From the NCBI GenBank assembly GCA_951406725.2, contig OX597822.1:91946001-92010000 (forward strand): 64,000 bases of DNA. The letters are read 5' to 3'. The notes beneath the pieces were generated by a model. The model ran no database searches, was not told the DNA's origin, and worked only from the letters and a program-made list of their open reading frames with translations. This document shows positions 51,334 to 63,671 of this stretch, one piece after another (position 1 is the first letter of the stretch; each line of letters begins with the position of its first letter). This DNA is from Octopus vulgaris (taxonomy: Eukaryota). The translations under genes were made by a program, and so were the position numbers.

Positions 51334-53367
51334 GTAAGCAATATTTGTTCTTTTATACTGTTGACTTTAGACTTAACTGCAGTAAAAAAAAAAAATGTCA
51401 TAGACTTTTTGTTCAATTCATATATTTTTCATCTCGTACCCACATCAATGTGTGTGTGTGTGTGTGCATGCGCACACATGCACATGTGTGCATGCATGCA
51501 TTTGTGTGTGTGATGTGTTTCATGCATAAGGCTTTGGTCAACTTGAAGATATGGTTGAAAACACTGTCTGAAGGTGCCACTCAATGAAAAGTATGTAGTT
51601 TCAGAATTAACTTATTAACTATTCAGCCATGCTTACACACATAATGAATAACATAACCTCTCATAGCTTCGCAGTGAAAATTTTCAGATTATATGTAGGT
51701 AAAGGCTTCAAATATCTACATCACCATCATCATTATCATTTAACATCCATGTTTCATACTGACATGGGTTGGACAGTTTGACAGGAACTGATGTGTCCAA
51801 AGAATGCATTGAGATTCCACATCTGCTTTGATATGGTTTTACATGGATGGATGCCCTTCCTAACACCAACACTTTACAACTGGGTGCTTTTTTCATGCTA
51901 CTATTGAGGTGGCCATGCAGTTCACAGGACTACAAGCCTAGAGGTCAGTGATGGATCAGCTTCATGCTAGTGGATGAGGGAATTAGTATGAGAGAGTTGG
52001 GGCAGAGTAGGTTCCAGCTGAGGGATTGGGGTGGAGGAGAATGAGCAGTAGGAACTGCAAGACATTGATAATGGTGATAAGGTGCTCGGGTATCCCCACA
52101 ATGCACAAGCCATGTAGGAAAGGGTGGATGAGTAGTTTCTAAGATTGTATGGGGAAGATTGAAAGAAAGATGATTGAAGATCCAGAAGAGGTGGGGACCA
52201 CAAGTAGCAGGAATAGTAAAGATTATACAGTTGCTGGGGAGGGGGGGACAAGAGATAGACATAGTGCATGAGGAGAGTCTTTGTTATGAGTGGACAACCC
52301 AAAATATAGTGCTTCCAGAACTTAGTTTTGCTGAGGTAGGCTGGTATTTTTGAGAACCTCTTATCACAAGAGATCCCAGCCCTTTGTCATTTCATCTGTC
52401 AGGTTCAAGGTCCTAAGGTCAGCTTTCACCTCTTCATCCCATGTCTTCCTGGGTCATCCTCTTCTACAGGTTCCAGCCACATTAAACGAACAGCAACCTC
52501 TTTATTCAGCTATTCTTATTTATATGCATCACATGACCATACCACCTCAGTCTTCCTTATTGAACACAATATTCTTCTGTTCTTCTAGTAGTCCTGCTTG
52601 TGGGACATATGCTGAAATAAATGTTGCTTTTGTGTTGCCATTGGTTAGTCTTAACTTAATAATCCTATCACACACCCTGACTACCTCTATTACCTTATCT
52701 ATCCTCTCTCTCAGCTAACAGTACTCCACTCCTGCTATCACTATTGCTCACTCAGAAGTGTTTGAATTGCTGGGAAGTTTGGTTGAAGATCCCCTCCGTC
52801 TTACCTCTTGCGCATGATGCACATCCACTCATCTCTACTCCAGCATCTCTACAATTTTGCTAGGCCTATTTTTCATTGTGACTATGTTTGAAGTTACTTC
52901 CCTAATGTTTTAGAGCTTATATAAGAAGGAGTCCTGTCTTCTATGGTAAAGCTACTCATTCTAGCTGCATCTGTACCAGTGAGGAATAAGAGAAGTTGGG
53001 CTATACCCGGCCAGCAGATAATAGATTTACAAGCATGATTAATTTTTCCCTTGCATTAAACTTTCCATCATTTAGTCATTATTCTATACACACATACACA
53101 CACACATATATATATATAAATTAAATTAGAGATAAAACCACTATTAGGCAAATCAAACAGTGAAAAACATAAACAAAAACATAAAAATAAAAATAATATA
53201 ATTTACAAAATATATAAAATATAAAATTTTAAATTTAAATTATTTAAATTTAAAATTATTAATTTATATTTATATTTATAATTTTTTTTAATAATTATAT
53301 ATAACTATCAAAAAGTATTAAAAAGTTTATTATAAGATAAGTAAAACCACTATGTACATCTATATAT

Positions 53368-53505
53368 TGGCTTTAGGAAGGGCATCCAGCTGTAGAAACA
53401 TTGCCAGATAAGACCGGAGCCTGGTGCAGCCTTCTGGCTTCCCAGATCCCCGGTCAAACCGTCCAACCCATGCTAGCATGGAGAACGGACGTTAAACGAT
53501 GATGA

Positions 53506-53508
<3 letters not shown>
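53368..53508 (+). mobile_element. RTE-X 3' tail fragment
   Basis: ttaggaagggcatccagctgtagaaac...gttaaacgatgatgatga. Confidence 0.8.
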
Positions 53509-53548
<40 letters not shown>

Positions 53549-54174
53549 GTGCTGCACAAGTATTATTAATAAAATAAAGTGAAACAAATAGAGTATGATC
53601 CAAATGCAATGATGAGTAATTATTGTGATGAGAGGAGACTGTGACAACTGTTGCTAGTGCTGGCACGGACCTAGTGGCCTGATATGGTGTGAGTACAGAC
53701 ATAGGAAATGGAGGTGGAAACTTGCTACAAACTGAGAAAAATATGAGAGAGAGAGGAAGACTTCTAGTATAAGTGGTTGGGGTAGCAATGAGTAGGTGCA
53801 CTGCAAACATTCAGTCTTTCACCTTTCATGGAGATGAACAGCCGGTGATCTTGAAGGAGAGAGAAACAAGTGCAAGAACATTGCCATAAGGTGAAGCATT
53901 AGAATTAACATTAGTAATATAACAACATAATAATAATGGTTTCATATTTTGGTATAAGGCCAGCAATTTGATGGGTGGGAGTAAGTCAATTACATTGACT
54001 CCAGTGTCCAGATGGTACTTATTTTATCAACCCCCAAAAGGATGAAATACAAAATCAACCTCGGCAGAATTTGAATTCAGAATGTAAAGATGGACCAAAT
54101 GCCAGTAAGCATTTTGCCCAACACGTTAATGGTTTTACCAGTTCGCCACCTTAGATAATAATATTAATAATAGA

Positions 54175-55135
54175 AATCTCCCAGTCTTGACACAAAGAAT
54201 TCGTCTGACCAAGCCCTCTATTCCATGTCATTATTGAATGATACAAAGCAGTCGAAAGAGATGAAAATCTGATGGCACCAAGTCTAGAGAGTATGGAGGA
54301 TGAGGCAGCACTTCCCATTCAAGTTCTTGAATTGCGGCTTTGATCACAGTGATGTGAGGACAGGTGTTGTCATGTTGCAGAAGAATGCCATTTCACCTAT
54401 TCAGTCTTTTTTTGCTGAATTACATTGTTGAATTGGTGCAGTTGTTGAACGTAGAGTTCTGCATTGAGTGTTTGGTTGTGTTCAAGCAGTTCATAATGAA
54501 TTGTGCCTTTCCAGTACCACCATATACACAACATCCTCTTTCAAGGATGAAGGTTTTGTTTTGCTCATGGAGTCACCTGTTGGTCAGAGCTGAGCCTTTC
54601 TTTTTGCTGTTTCATATTGACTTAAAGGCACCATTTTTCATCACAGGTGACAATAGAGTAAACAAAATGCTGATTGTGACCATATGTTGAGCAATGTCTG
54701 GCAAGTAAACTAGCGGTGATTTTAGAGTGTTGATTTTTGTTGTTTTCACTCAAAGTGTGTGGCACTCAGGTGCTGAGTTTCTGAACCTTGCCCATTGAGT
54801 GAAGGTGGTTGATCACAATCCTTCTGCCCCGCCAATTCTCTGGTTGTTTGATGTGAATTTTTGTGAAGAAGATTCAATCACTCTTCTTCAAACTTAACTG
54901 GTCGACTGGTATGTGATCCATCTTTGAGGTCAAAATTCCCATTTTTAAAGGGCATTGCTTCTTCTCCATTTTTGAGGCATTGCTTCTTCTCCATACACAA
55001 CATAAATCTCACGAGCAGTTTCGGCAGCCTTAACACCTCTATTAAATGCAAAAAGTAAATAGTATCAAAGATGCTCCATTTTGTCCACTTCACATTCCAT
55101 TTTAATGATCTGAAACTACACAAAAATCAAAAAGC
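54175..55135 (-). mobile_element. Degenerate mariner transposon
   Basis: Minus frames LPHPPYSLDLVPSDFHLF, LHDNT, FKNGNFDLKD. Confidence 0.82.
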
Positions 55136-55622
55136 TTAGAAAAATTGTGCTGGCATCAACTGCTCACCGTCTCAGGTGTGCCAGTGCCACATAAGAAAAT
55201 CCATGCTAGTTCCATGTAAAAGTGCCTGTGCTTGTGCCACATAAAAGCACCCAGCACACTCTATAAAGTGGTTGGTGTTAGGAAGGGCATCCAACTGTAG
55301 AAACTATGCGAAAACAGACAAATGGAGTTTGTGTAGCTCTTCAGCTGGCCAGCTCCTGTCAACCTGTCCAACTCATGCTAGCGTGGAAACTAGACATTAA
55401 ATGATGATGATGATTAAAATACTCTTTTATCAGAGGATATATCACAGATTTGTTCATTAATGTTTACTAGATTTTTTTAAAATTATGGAGTTAAAGATAA
55501 TATGTTTTAAAGTTTCATTGAATTTTTCTTTGTTTATATTTAGAATTACATCGAAGAAATTGTTAATATTGATGTTAGTAGAAACTGTAATTTTTAAGAT
55601 GTACCAAATCTTCTTTGTGCAG

Positions 55623-55735
55623 CTGATCATACTGACCTGAAAGAGATATTTCCCAATGTGAAAGTTTTCAGAACAACAAGACGTGAAGGTTTAATCAGAG
55701 CACGTTTATTTGGAGCTTCAAAAGCTACTGGTCAG
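55623..55735 (+). CDS. GALNT11: GALNT11-like coding exon 4
   Basis: gtgcag| acceptor (alternative in-frame AG 24 nt upstream), CAG|gtatta donor; NVKVFRTTRREGLIRARLFGASKATGQ (REGLIRAR motif). Confidence 0.93.
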
Positions 55736-55894
55736 GTATTAAACATCTACACTTTTCTATATTTTCCATTCAGAAACCAGGTAAAAGGAACCTTTTACAA
55801 CATATTAAAGCCTTAGGTTAGCAGAATTAAAATGGACTTGGGGGATTACAATGCACCTTCGTTGACAAAGATGTAATATTTTCAACATATTTTT

Positions 55895-56298
55895 TTTTTA
55901 CTTGTTTCAGTCATTTTGACTGCGGCCATGCTGAAGCACCGCCTTTAGTCGAGCAAATCAACCCCGGGACTTATTCTTAGTAAGCTCAGTACTTATTCTA
56001 TCGGTCTCTTTTGCCGAACTGCTAAGTGACGGGGACGTAAACACACCAGCATCGGTTGTCAAGCAATGCTAGGGGGACAAACACAGACATACAAACACGC
56101 ACACACATATATATATATATATATACTTATATACGACAGGCTTCTTTCAGCTTCCGTCTACCAAATCCACTCACAAGGCATTGGTCGGCCCGGGGCTATA
56201 GCAGAAGACACTTGCCCAAGATGCCACACAGTGGGAGTGAACCTGGAACCATGTGGTTGGTTAGCAAGCTACTTACCACACAGCCGCTCCTGTGCCTG
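55895..56298 (-). mobile_element. tRNA-derived SINE (major family)
   Basis: Reverse complement of 42934-43322. Confidence 0.9.
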
Positions 56299-56559
56299 TA
56301 TTGTATTCATTTTTTTCAATGTAAAAGCTCATTGTGAGATTCATATTTAAAGATCAGTAATTTTAACTGGATTATTATAGTGAGTTTCTAAATAATATCC
56401 AAATGAAATTGGAGCATACCATAAAAATGGTATACCACTCTTATTCATATGGTCATATTAACTTAAGATTAAAATTTTTGTTAATTACTGATTAAAAGAA
56501 ACTGAATAAATTAGAATTGCAATCTTTTAAAGTTGCAGTTATTTTGCTTTACATTTTAG

Positions 56560-56798
56560 GTTCTGATATTTCTGGATAGCCATATTGAAGTAAATGTTGG
56601 TTGGTTACCTCCACTTCTATCTCCTATCGCCAAAGATCGTAAAACTGTTACCATCCCATTTGTAGACACAATCAACTGTAATACATTTGATTATACTGCG
56701 TCACCTCGGGTACGTGGTGGTTTCAACTGGGGCTTACATTACCAATGGGACCGATTACCACCAAAGTTCGACAAAGTCTCCCCTGCTGCACCAATTCC
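56560..56798 (+). CDS. GALNT11: GALNT11-like coding exon 5 (DxH metal-binding motif)
   Basis: ttttag| acceptor, CC|gtgtgt donor; VLIFLDSHIEVNVGWLPPLL...SPRVRGGFNWGLHYQW; DSHIEVN and SP.VRGGFNWGLH resemble, from recall, the GALNT11/pgant35A clade. Confidence 0.96.
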
Positions 56799-57224
56799 GT
56801 GTGTATAATTTTATTTATTCTCAGTTAAACTTCTTACATTATGCAAAATGAAATTCCCTCCAACAGTTTTTGTTCATTTGTTTGTTTTAAATCTATTTTG
56901 CTATGCTTGCTTTACTCTGGGTGGAGTGATAGTGTAATTGTTTTTACAATTGGATTCTCTTCCTATTGGTCAGCATATAACTGAGCATTAGGAATAGAAA
57001 CTGTTGTCAGACAGACAAACTGAGTTGGGTTATGTTGTGCATTTTTTTTTTTTTTTCTTTTTTGGTAATCACCTTTGAAATCATGCCACATGATCAGAAG
57101 ATTATAATTTTGACTTTGTAGCTATTGTGCCTTATCATTAAATCTTAGATTATTTGGTTATCTATTTTTTTTTTTTTAAAGTAATTTAATTCCCACCAAG
57201 AACTGTTAAAACTATTTAGAATCA

Positions 57225-57479
57225 CAGGCATATGGCATAGTGGTTAAGAGTGCAGGCTACTAACTCAAAAATTTCCGAGTTTGATTCCAGCCAATGACTG
57301 AAGAAGAAGTAGGAGGAGGAGGACCACCACCACCACCTTCTTCTCCTCCTCCTCAGGAATGAGAACTCAGATTCCAAATTTCCCCAAGACACCTGATGAA
57401 GGCTGGAGGGTATATCAGCCGAAACGTTGTGTTACCAACAAACAAGATGAGGACAAATATCTGTCAAATTTAAATAATG
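57225..57479 (+). mobile_element. tRNA-headed SINE carrying a 3' hammerhead ribozyme module
   Basis: A box TGGCATAGTGG 57233-57243, B-box-like GTTTGATTC 57279-57287, central trinucleotide tract, hammerhead 57388-57433, 12-bp TSD TATTTAGAATCA at 57213-57224 and 57480-57491. Confidence 0.85.
57388..57433 (+). ncRNA. Minimal type I hammerhead ribozyme motif
   Basis: GACAC-CTGATGA-A-GGCTG(gagggtatat)CAGCC-GAAA-CGTT-GTGTT: stem I GACAC/GTGTT, stem II GGCTG/CAGCC, palindromic stem III ACGT, GUU cleavage triplet. Confidence 0.8.
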
Positions 57480-58068
57480 TATTTAGAATCATATTTGTAA
57501 ATGCATATGGTATAGCTTAATACAAAGAACATTGTTTAGAAGCATTTACTCTCTGGATATTAATATTATGATAACTCAAAAAAAAGCACCAGCTTGCGAG
57601 TTCTAGAAATATGTCTCATCTCTATAAAGTTTGCTAATATTTTTGTTTTGTTATAGGAGTTCATCCATTAGTTATTACTGTTGTCTGCTTTTAAGAAATA
57701 GGCAGATCATTAAAAAAATTAATTTCATCTTATCTTCTTTATTTTTTTCCCTTATATGTTTTGTACCAATCTTTGAATCAATATCGCTGCATTCAAGCCT
57801 CCTGACTAAGATTGATAAGTCTTTCTTAGCCAGAATATCAATCTGTTACATTTAATATTACCTGAAATTCTAGTATCTGTTCCTGACAACTTGATACATA
57901 GAATATGATGTCCTGCACAATGAAATGTCTAATAAATTTGAACTTACAGTTCATTAGCAAGCAATTGAATACTTAACTGATCAATAATATATTTCTGTAC
58001 AGAAGAATGTTTCCTATCTTCATAAAGATAAATTTTCAGAATTAATTAACTTCTTATTTCACATGCAG

Positions 58069-58186
58069 AACACCAACAATGGTTGGAGGTTTGTTTGCCA
58101 TTGAACGTGATTACTTTAATGAGATGGGAAAATATGATGCTGGCATGGATCTTTGGGGTGGAGAAAACTTGGAAATCTCATTTCGG
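58069..58186 (+). CDS. GALNT11: GALNT11-like coding exon 6 (Gal/GalNAc-T motif)
   Basis: atgcag| acceptor, CGG|gtaagt donor; [39 protein letters not shown]. Confidence 0.97.
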
Positions 58187-60470
58187 GTAAGTTTTACTTG
58201 CTTTGAGTTATTCTTGGTAATTTGCATTTAAAAAACAGAGTTCATTTGAATAAGTGATGATCTGCATCAGCAAAAATCACTTCATAAAATTGGTAAAATT
58301 TGATAAGATAAAAAAATGTTCTCTCTCCAATAAAGGGCTTTACTTGAAACATCTATCATGTAAAGCCCAGTAACTTATCTAAAATTGCAAACTTGGAGGA
58401 ATTAATATGAGTGAAGAGCTGATTGTGGATCTCTTATTGTTAGTAATCGCTCAGTTCAAAGTCTCCCTTGACCACAAGTGGCCTGAACTCTTTACATGAA
58501 CACCACCCTGTACATAACTCCATGTCCCCCTACATGGCCTTGCTTTTTGCTTTTTGAGCCAAAAAATTAACTAACTAACTAACCTACTTAACATTTTTAA
58601 ATCGCCCACTTACTTAACTGTAAATACATTGCATGAGAAATACACACAGTTTTTGGTTAGATGGTACTGCTGATCTGAAATCATCAGGAGGGCATAGGTC
58701 TGAGAAAGGTGAGCTCTACCTAACTGACTTATCATAGATACATTGATGAAGATGAAAACTTTTAGCAGAGACCCAGTGAAGTAAAAGGTTATGGCATATA
58801 CATAATATTGATAATTCTTACAACTCCAGCTAGAATCATCAAGGCATTATTTTTGACAGGATTTTTGAAAATTTATTTTTTTACTGCATCTCAAAACCCT
58901 CTTAATTATAAGAAATGGAAAGAAATAATTTACAGGTTTTTACCATACTGGTTTTTGTCATCAACTAGCTAACTTTACCATTAGATTCCATTTAATAAAA
59001 GTAAAAATTAAATTATCATAGTTTTTTAATATCTGTCTTCCATACTGGCATGGGTTGGATAGTTTGATGGTGTCCAATGGGTCAGAGGATTGCATTGTAC
59101 TTCAGTGTCTGCTTTGGCACAATGTCTATGATTCAATTCCCTTTCTAGTCCCAATCACTTTACAGAGTGTACTGGGTGTTTTTCTCATGGCATCAGCACT
59201 AGTGAGGCCACCATGTAATTCACATGACTAAGATCCCTATCAGCTGAGCAGGACCACATTATAGAGGGAAGCAGATTTATGCTAGATGCTGAAAGGTGAA
59301 AGTATGAAGGGCTAGATCAGGTTTCTTTTTGTAAAGAGATACATGGCTGCTCACATTGTACAAAAGTGGGTGGGGGTAATCAGTGTGGAGCCGGAAAGAG
59401 AGATAAAGAGGGATAAGAACAAAAAGGGAGGCTGGATAGAGGTAGCAAGTGTGTATGGAAAGAGTAAGAAATGGCAAGGAATGGGATAGCGATCTGAATA
59501 TACTGAAGGTGCAAGGTAGAGTGGGATTTGTATGATAAAATATGTGTTAGATGAAAGGTAGGGGAGAGTAGATGATGACTGGTGGTTGGATGGGTTTAGG
59601 GGTGAATGGTGGAGGGATGATCAATGATGCATATGAATTTGGGAGGTGCTGATTGTACAGATGGCTGAAGAGCAGCAGGATAGAGAGAAAGAGATGACAT
59701 GTGAGCAGGTTGCAAGAGTGTGAATGGAGAGAGTAAGAGATATTAGGATGATAAGGACAAATCAACATGAAGTGGTTCAGTGTCCCTCTTCACTCACATT
59801 TTACACTGAAGAATGGAAGTAATTGAAGTGGTTGTCAATAGTGATAAAGATAAATGTTATCACAGGAAAGATGATCAAAATATGTAGTTCTATCTTCATT
59901 TGATTACAACAGCAGAACACTGCTGTTTGTAAGTGATGGAGAGATCAGTAAAAGAGAATGAGAGAGTGGAGTAAAGATTTGATGAGGCAAAAGAACCAAT
60001 TGTACATATAGAATTATGCTTCCAGATTTATGCACAATTTTAGAATATATCTTCAGATCAAAAATTGATATGTATAATATATGCCATTCTCCTTTCTCGT
60101 TAGTTTAAACTGAAAGTTTGTTAGAGCATTTCTTATTCATGATAATGTTATTACCATATTATATGTTTAGCCCACAGATCAACCCTGATTAAACAATCAT
60201 GATCAAAGGTATTTCACTCTTGATCACGCTATCTTTCTTTTCAGCTAGTATGTATAGAACATTATCCAGTGTGTCCTTTCTTTAATCCTTTTGTTATATT
60301 TCTGTTAAACTTCACTAACTTTGTTTTAATTTGTTTTTAAGATAAAGAATTTATCATTATAAAGCTGGTGTTTGGTACATAAATTAACATGAAATTTTGA
60401 AGGAAAGTTTTAATATGATAGAAGTTAGGGCAGTCTCAAATTCAGTTTCATTTTCTATTTTTTCTCTCAG

Positions 60471-60623
60471 ATATGGATGTGTGGTGGTCATCTTGAAATA
60501 ATTCCATGTTCCCGAGTAGGACATGTTTTCCGAAATCGTCGACCTTATACTTCTCCAAGAGGAGAAGACAGCATGCTGAAGAATTCATTACGTGTTGCTC
60601 ATGTTTGGCTGGATGACTATATT
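60471..60623 (+). CDS. GALNT11: GALNT11-like coding exon 7; gene continues past window
   Basis: ctctcag| acceptor, ATT|gtaagc donor; [51 protein letters not shown]. Confidence 0.97.
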
Positions 60624-60642
60624 GTAAGCATTTCTAGTTTAA

Positions 60643-60860
60643 CCCTTTAGTGTTCGCATTATTCTACCATAATTAATCCTTTTTTATCCACATTGCCTTG
60701 AACTAATCAGGCATTATCTTGGAGCTATGAGATTTTGATGAGGTTGCTGTTAATTTTTAAAACGATATTGTAGGGCTGGTTTACACCAGCCCTACAATAT
60801 CGTTGTAAGTTTCAACATAAAACAGGCAGAATACTTTTGGCCGGTTTAAATGCTAAAGAG
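60643..60860 (-). mobile_element. piggyBac-type (TTAA) MITE 19 nt downstream of an exon donor
   Basis: TTAA|CCCTTTAG...CTAAAGAG|TTAA; homologous to 41152-41362. Confidence 0.8.
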
Positions 60861-61036
60861 TTAAAGAGATAATGTGTGATGTATTCTGTTGTTTATTTTT
60901 TTTTCTTTTTTGAACAAAGCTATTATCTGAAGATTTCAAACTTTTATGGAGTTTATCACAGTTTTCAAAAGCTGTTGTGATCTGTATTCTTCTAGAACAT
61001 AGCAATTATTTTTCCTCACTTCATGAAAAACTAACA

Positions 61037-61067
<31 letters not shown>

Positions 61068-61569
61068 GCAATTCTTAGTAAAGCATTTGTAAAATGTACA
61101 ATGTTTCCACAACTTCCACTAAAAGTCAATACCTCATCATAGAAGCTAGTTTACAGATTTGACTACAATTTTTGGCCAGTCAAGCAACCATGCTACAGAG
61201 AGCAATCAAATCTTCCTTAAACTATAGCCTCCTGTCTTGAAAATAGAATACAAGTGTTGATCAAACAATGTTGTTCCCAATATAAAAAAAAAATAAGACA
61301 ATTACAGCTAGAATGCCTTCATTCATTGATTTGCTTGTCCTGAGTCTAAAATAGAGCAACAAACTGCCTCGTTATAGATTGGTTAACTGGATCGTTAAGA
61401 CATGAATGTCTTGAGCATAGTCAGAACACAATGCTAGTAACTGAATACAAACTCTTCAGTCAGTAGGTTGATACCTTACAGTAGCTCTCAGCAGAATGTA
61501 GGAAATTCATATTATATTTCTGCATCAACAGTTCTTTGTTAGGAAATCATTATGATTTACTAATTACTG

Positions 61570-62820
61570 TACACATTCTTTTTGCCTATCGTTTTAAACA
61601 TTTCAAGTTTTGATCTTTCCCTGTATAAATTTTCATATGCAACAAATATAAATTCATTAGTTCTTGTTCCATAAATGTGCTATGTTGTTCTATGCCCCCT
61701 GATTACTTTATTCATGATTTCAATTGACTTGTCATGGTAAAGTTTTTTCAATTACATCTGTTTCATTTTCATCATTGTTTTCTATTTTATAATTTTTGAG
61801 TTTGAAAGATATTGCACAACAGATGTTCCTTTGTCAGTATTCATCCATTGTCAGTATCTATTAAGATTATTTGCTTTATCCTTGGCAACACAGGTCCTGT
61901 GAAATTTTTTGCTTACTCAAGCAACATGTAAACCAAACTTTTTTTGTTTGATAAATGAAAGCCTGTGAAATCATATTTTCATTACATGCATTTTCAAACA
62001 TCTAGCCAGACCACAACTTATGTCAGCTTTTCTTTGGCATAGATGCTTCCACATTCTTCCATGCTCTAGCAATGAGCCAAAGAACATCCTTTATGTTAAA
62101 TTTTTTAATAAATGTTGGTACAGACTTGCCAGCATTCACTGCATCTTTCATAGATTTCCTGAAAATTGAGCAATTAGAGAGCACAGTATTCCTTGGTCTT
62201 AAGGTTGGACAAATAACATATAGTTGTGTGTAAATACACCATATAAAGATTTTTCGTACACAGGAGTTCAGTTTTAGGGTGGACTGAAAAGTTGTCCAGA
62301 ATAATAACTTTGCAGTCATCTAGTAAACCTACAGGTGTACAGTTTGCTCCGACTTCTTGCACAAAAATCTTCTCAAACCATTCTTTGCCGACCTCACTTG
62401 TAATCCAACCATTCTTATTCGCACAGTATGCTGCTGAGTAAATTTTTAACACTTCAAGGCTCTGGCATATTTAGTTTTCCCTATCATCTGTGGTTTACAT
62501 CTGTGCAAACCTGCTGCATTTGTGCACCCTATGATGGTAAGCCTGCCATGAGACTATGGATCCTGTGGGTGTTTCTTCATTTTCAGCTCTTAATGTTTTC
62601 CGAAGTGTGCACTGGCAATATAATGCAGTTTCATCTGCATTATACTACCTTCTCAGGACTGAGATGCTCACAAATCCTTCTTATCTCTCTTAGAGGTCAG
62701 AGCTGGGATTAAGTTTAAGCAAAATAAGCTCAGAATTTCACAAAATTGTATCAATCACTAGCAATTGCAGTGTAAACAATCCAAGTGTGGCTATATTCAA
62801 TGCCATCTGTGGGCAACCCA
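61570..62820 (-). mobile_element. Degenerate Tigger/jerky-like (pogo) transposon
   Basis: YCANKNGWITSEVGKEWFEKIFV, ILDNFSVHP, IARAWKNV. Confidence 0.78.
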
Positions 62821-63272
62821 ATAGACTAGTTTGGTAGTCATGAAATTTTAATTTCCTGCTCATAAACTAGTACACATTATAAGCAGTTCTGGATCATAAG
62901 TGTCTGGAAAGTTAGTGTTCAATTTCTGTGCAATCTACCCAGAAGGCTTTGGTCAGCATGGGGCTATAGCAAAAGACACTTACCCAAGGTTTCACAAAGT
63001 GGAACTGAACCCAAAACATTGTTGTTGGGAAGAAAACTTCTTATCACACAGCCATGTCTGCAACTATAATATCTGTACTTTTTATAATCGTTACTACTAC
63101 TTCTACAGCTGCTGCTGGTGCTAATACTACTACTCCTACTACTATTATTATACCCACCCCCATTTGGGGAATTTTAATTATTTAATTGTGTTGTTAATTG
63201 CCATTGTTATTTTATTGTTTACTTGATTTTTGTGTTAAGCCCCACATGTCCCTAGTTTTGTATTGTCCCTCT

Positions 63273-63671
63273 CTTTACTCTTTTACTTGTTTCAGTCATT
63301 TGACTGTGGCCATGCTGGAGCACCGCCTTTAGTTGAGCAAATTGACCCCAGGACTTATTCTTTGTAAGCCTAGCACATATTCTATCGGTCTCTTTTGCCG
63401 AACCGCTAGGTTATGGGGACGTAAACACACCAGCATCGGTTGTCAAGCGATGTTGGGGGGACAAACACAGACACACAAACATATACATATATATACATAC
63501 ACATACATATATATATATGCATATATATGACAGGCCTCCTTTGGCCTCCTTTGGCCTCCATCCACCAAATCCACTCAAGGCCTTGGTCAGCCCGAGGCTA
63601 TAGTAGAAGACACTTGCCCAAGGTATCACGCAGTGGGACTGAACCTGGAACCATGTGGTTGGTAAGCAAGA
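63273..63671 (-). mobile_element. tRNA-derived SINE (major family), 5' clipped
   Basis: Reverse complement of 5280-5691. Confidence 0.88.
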
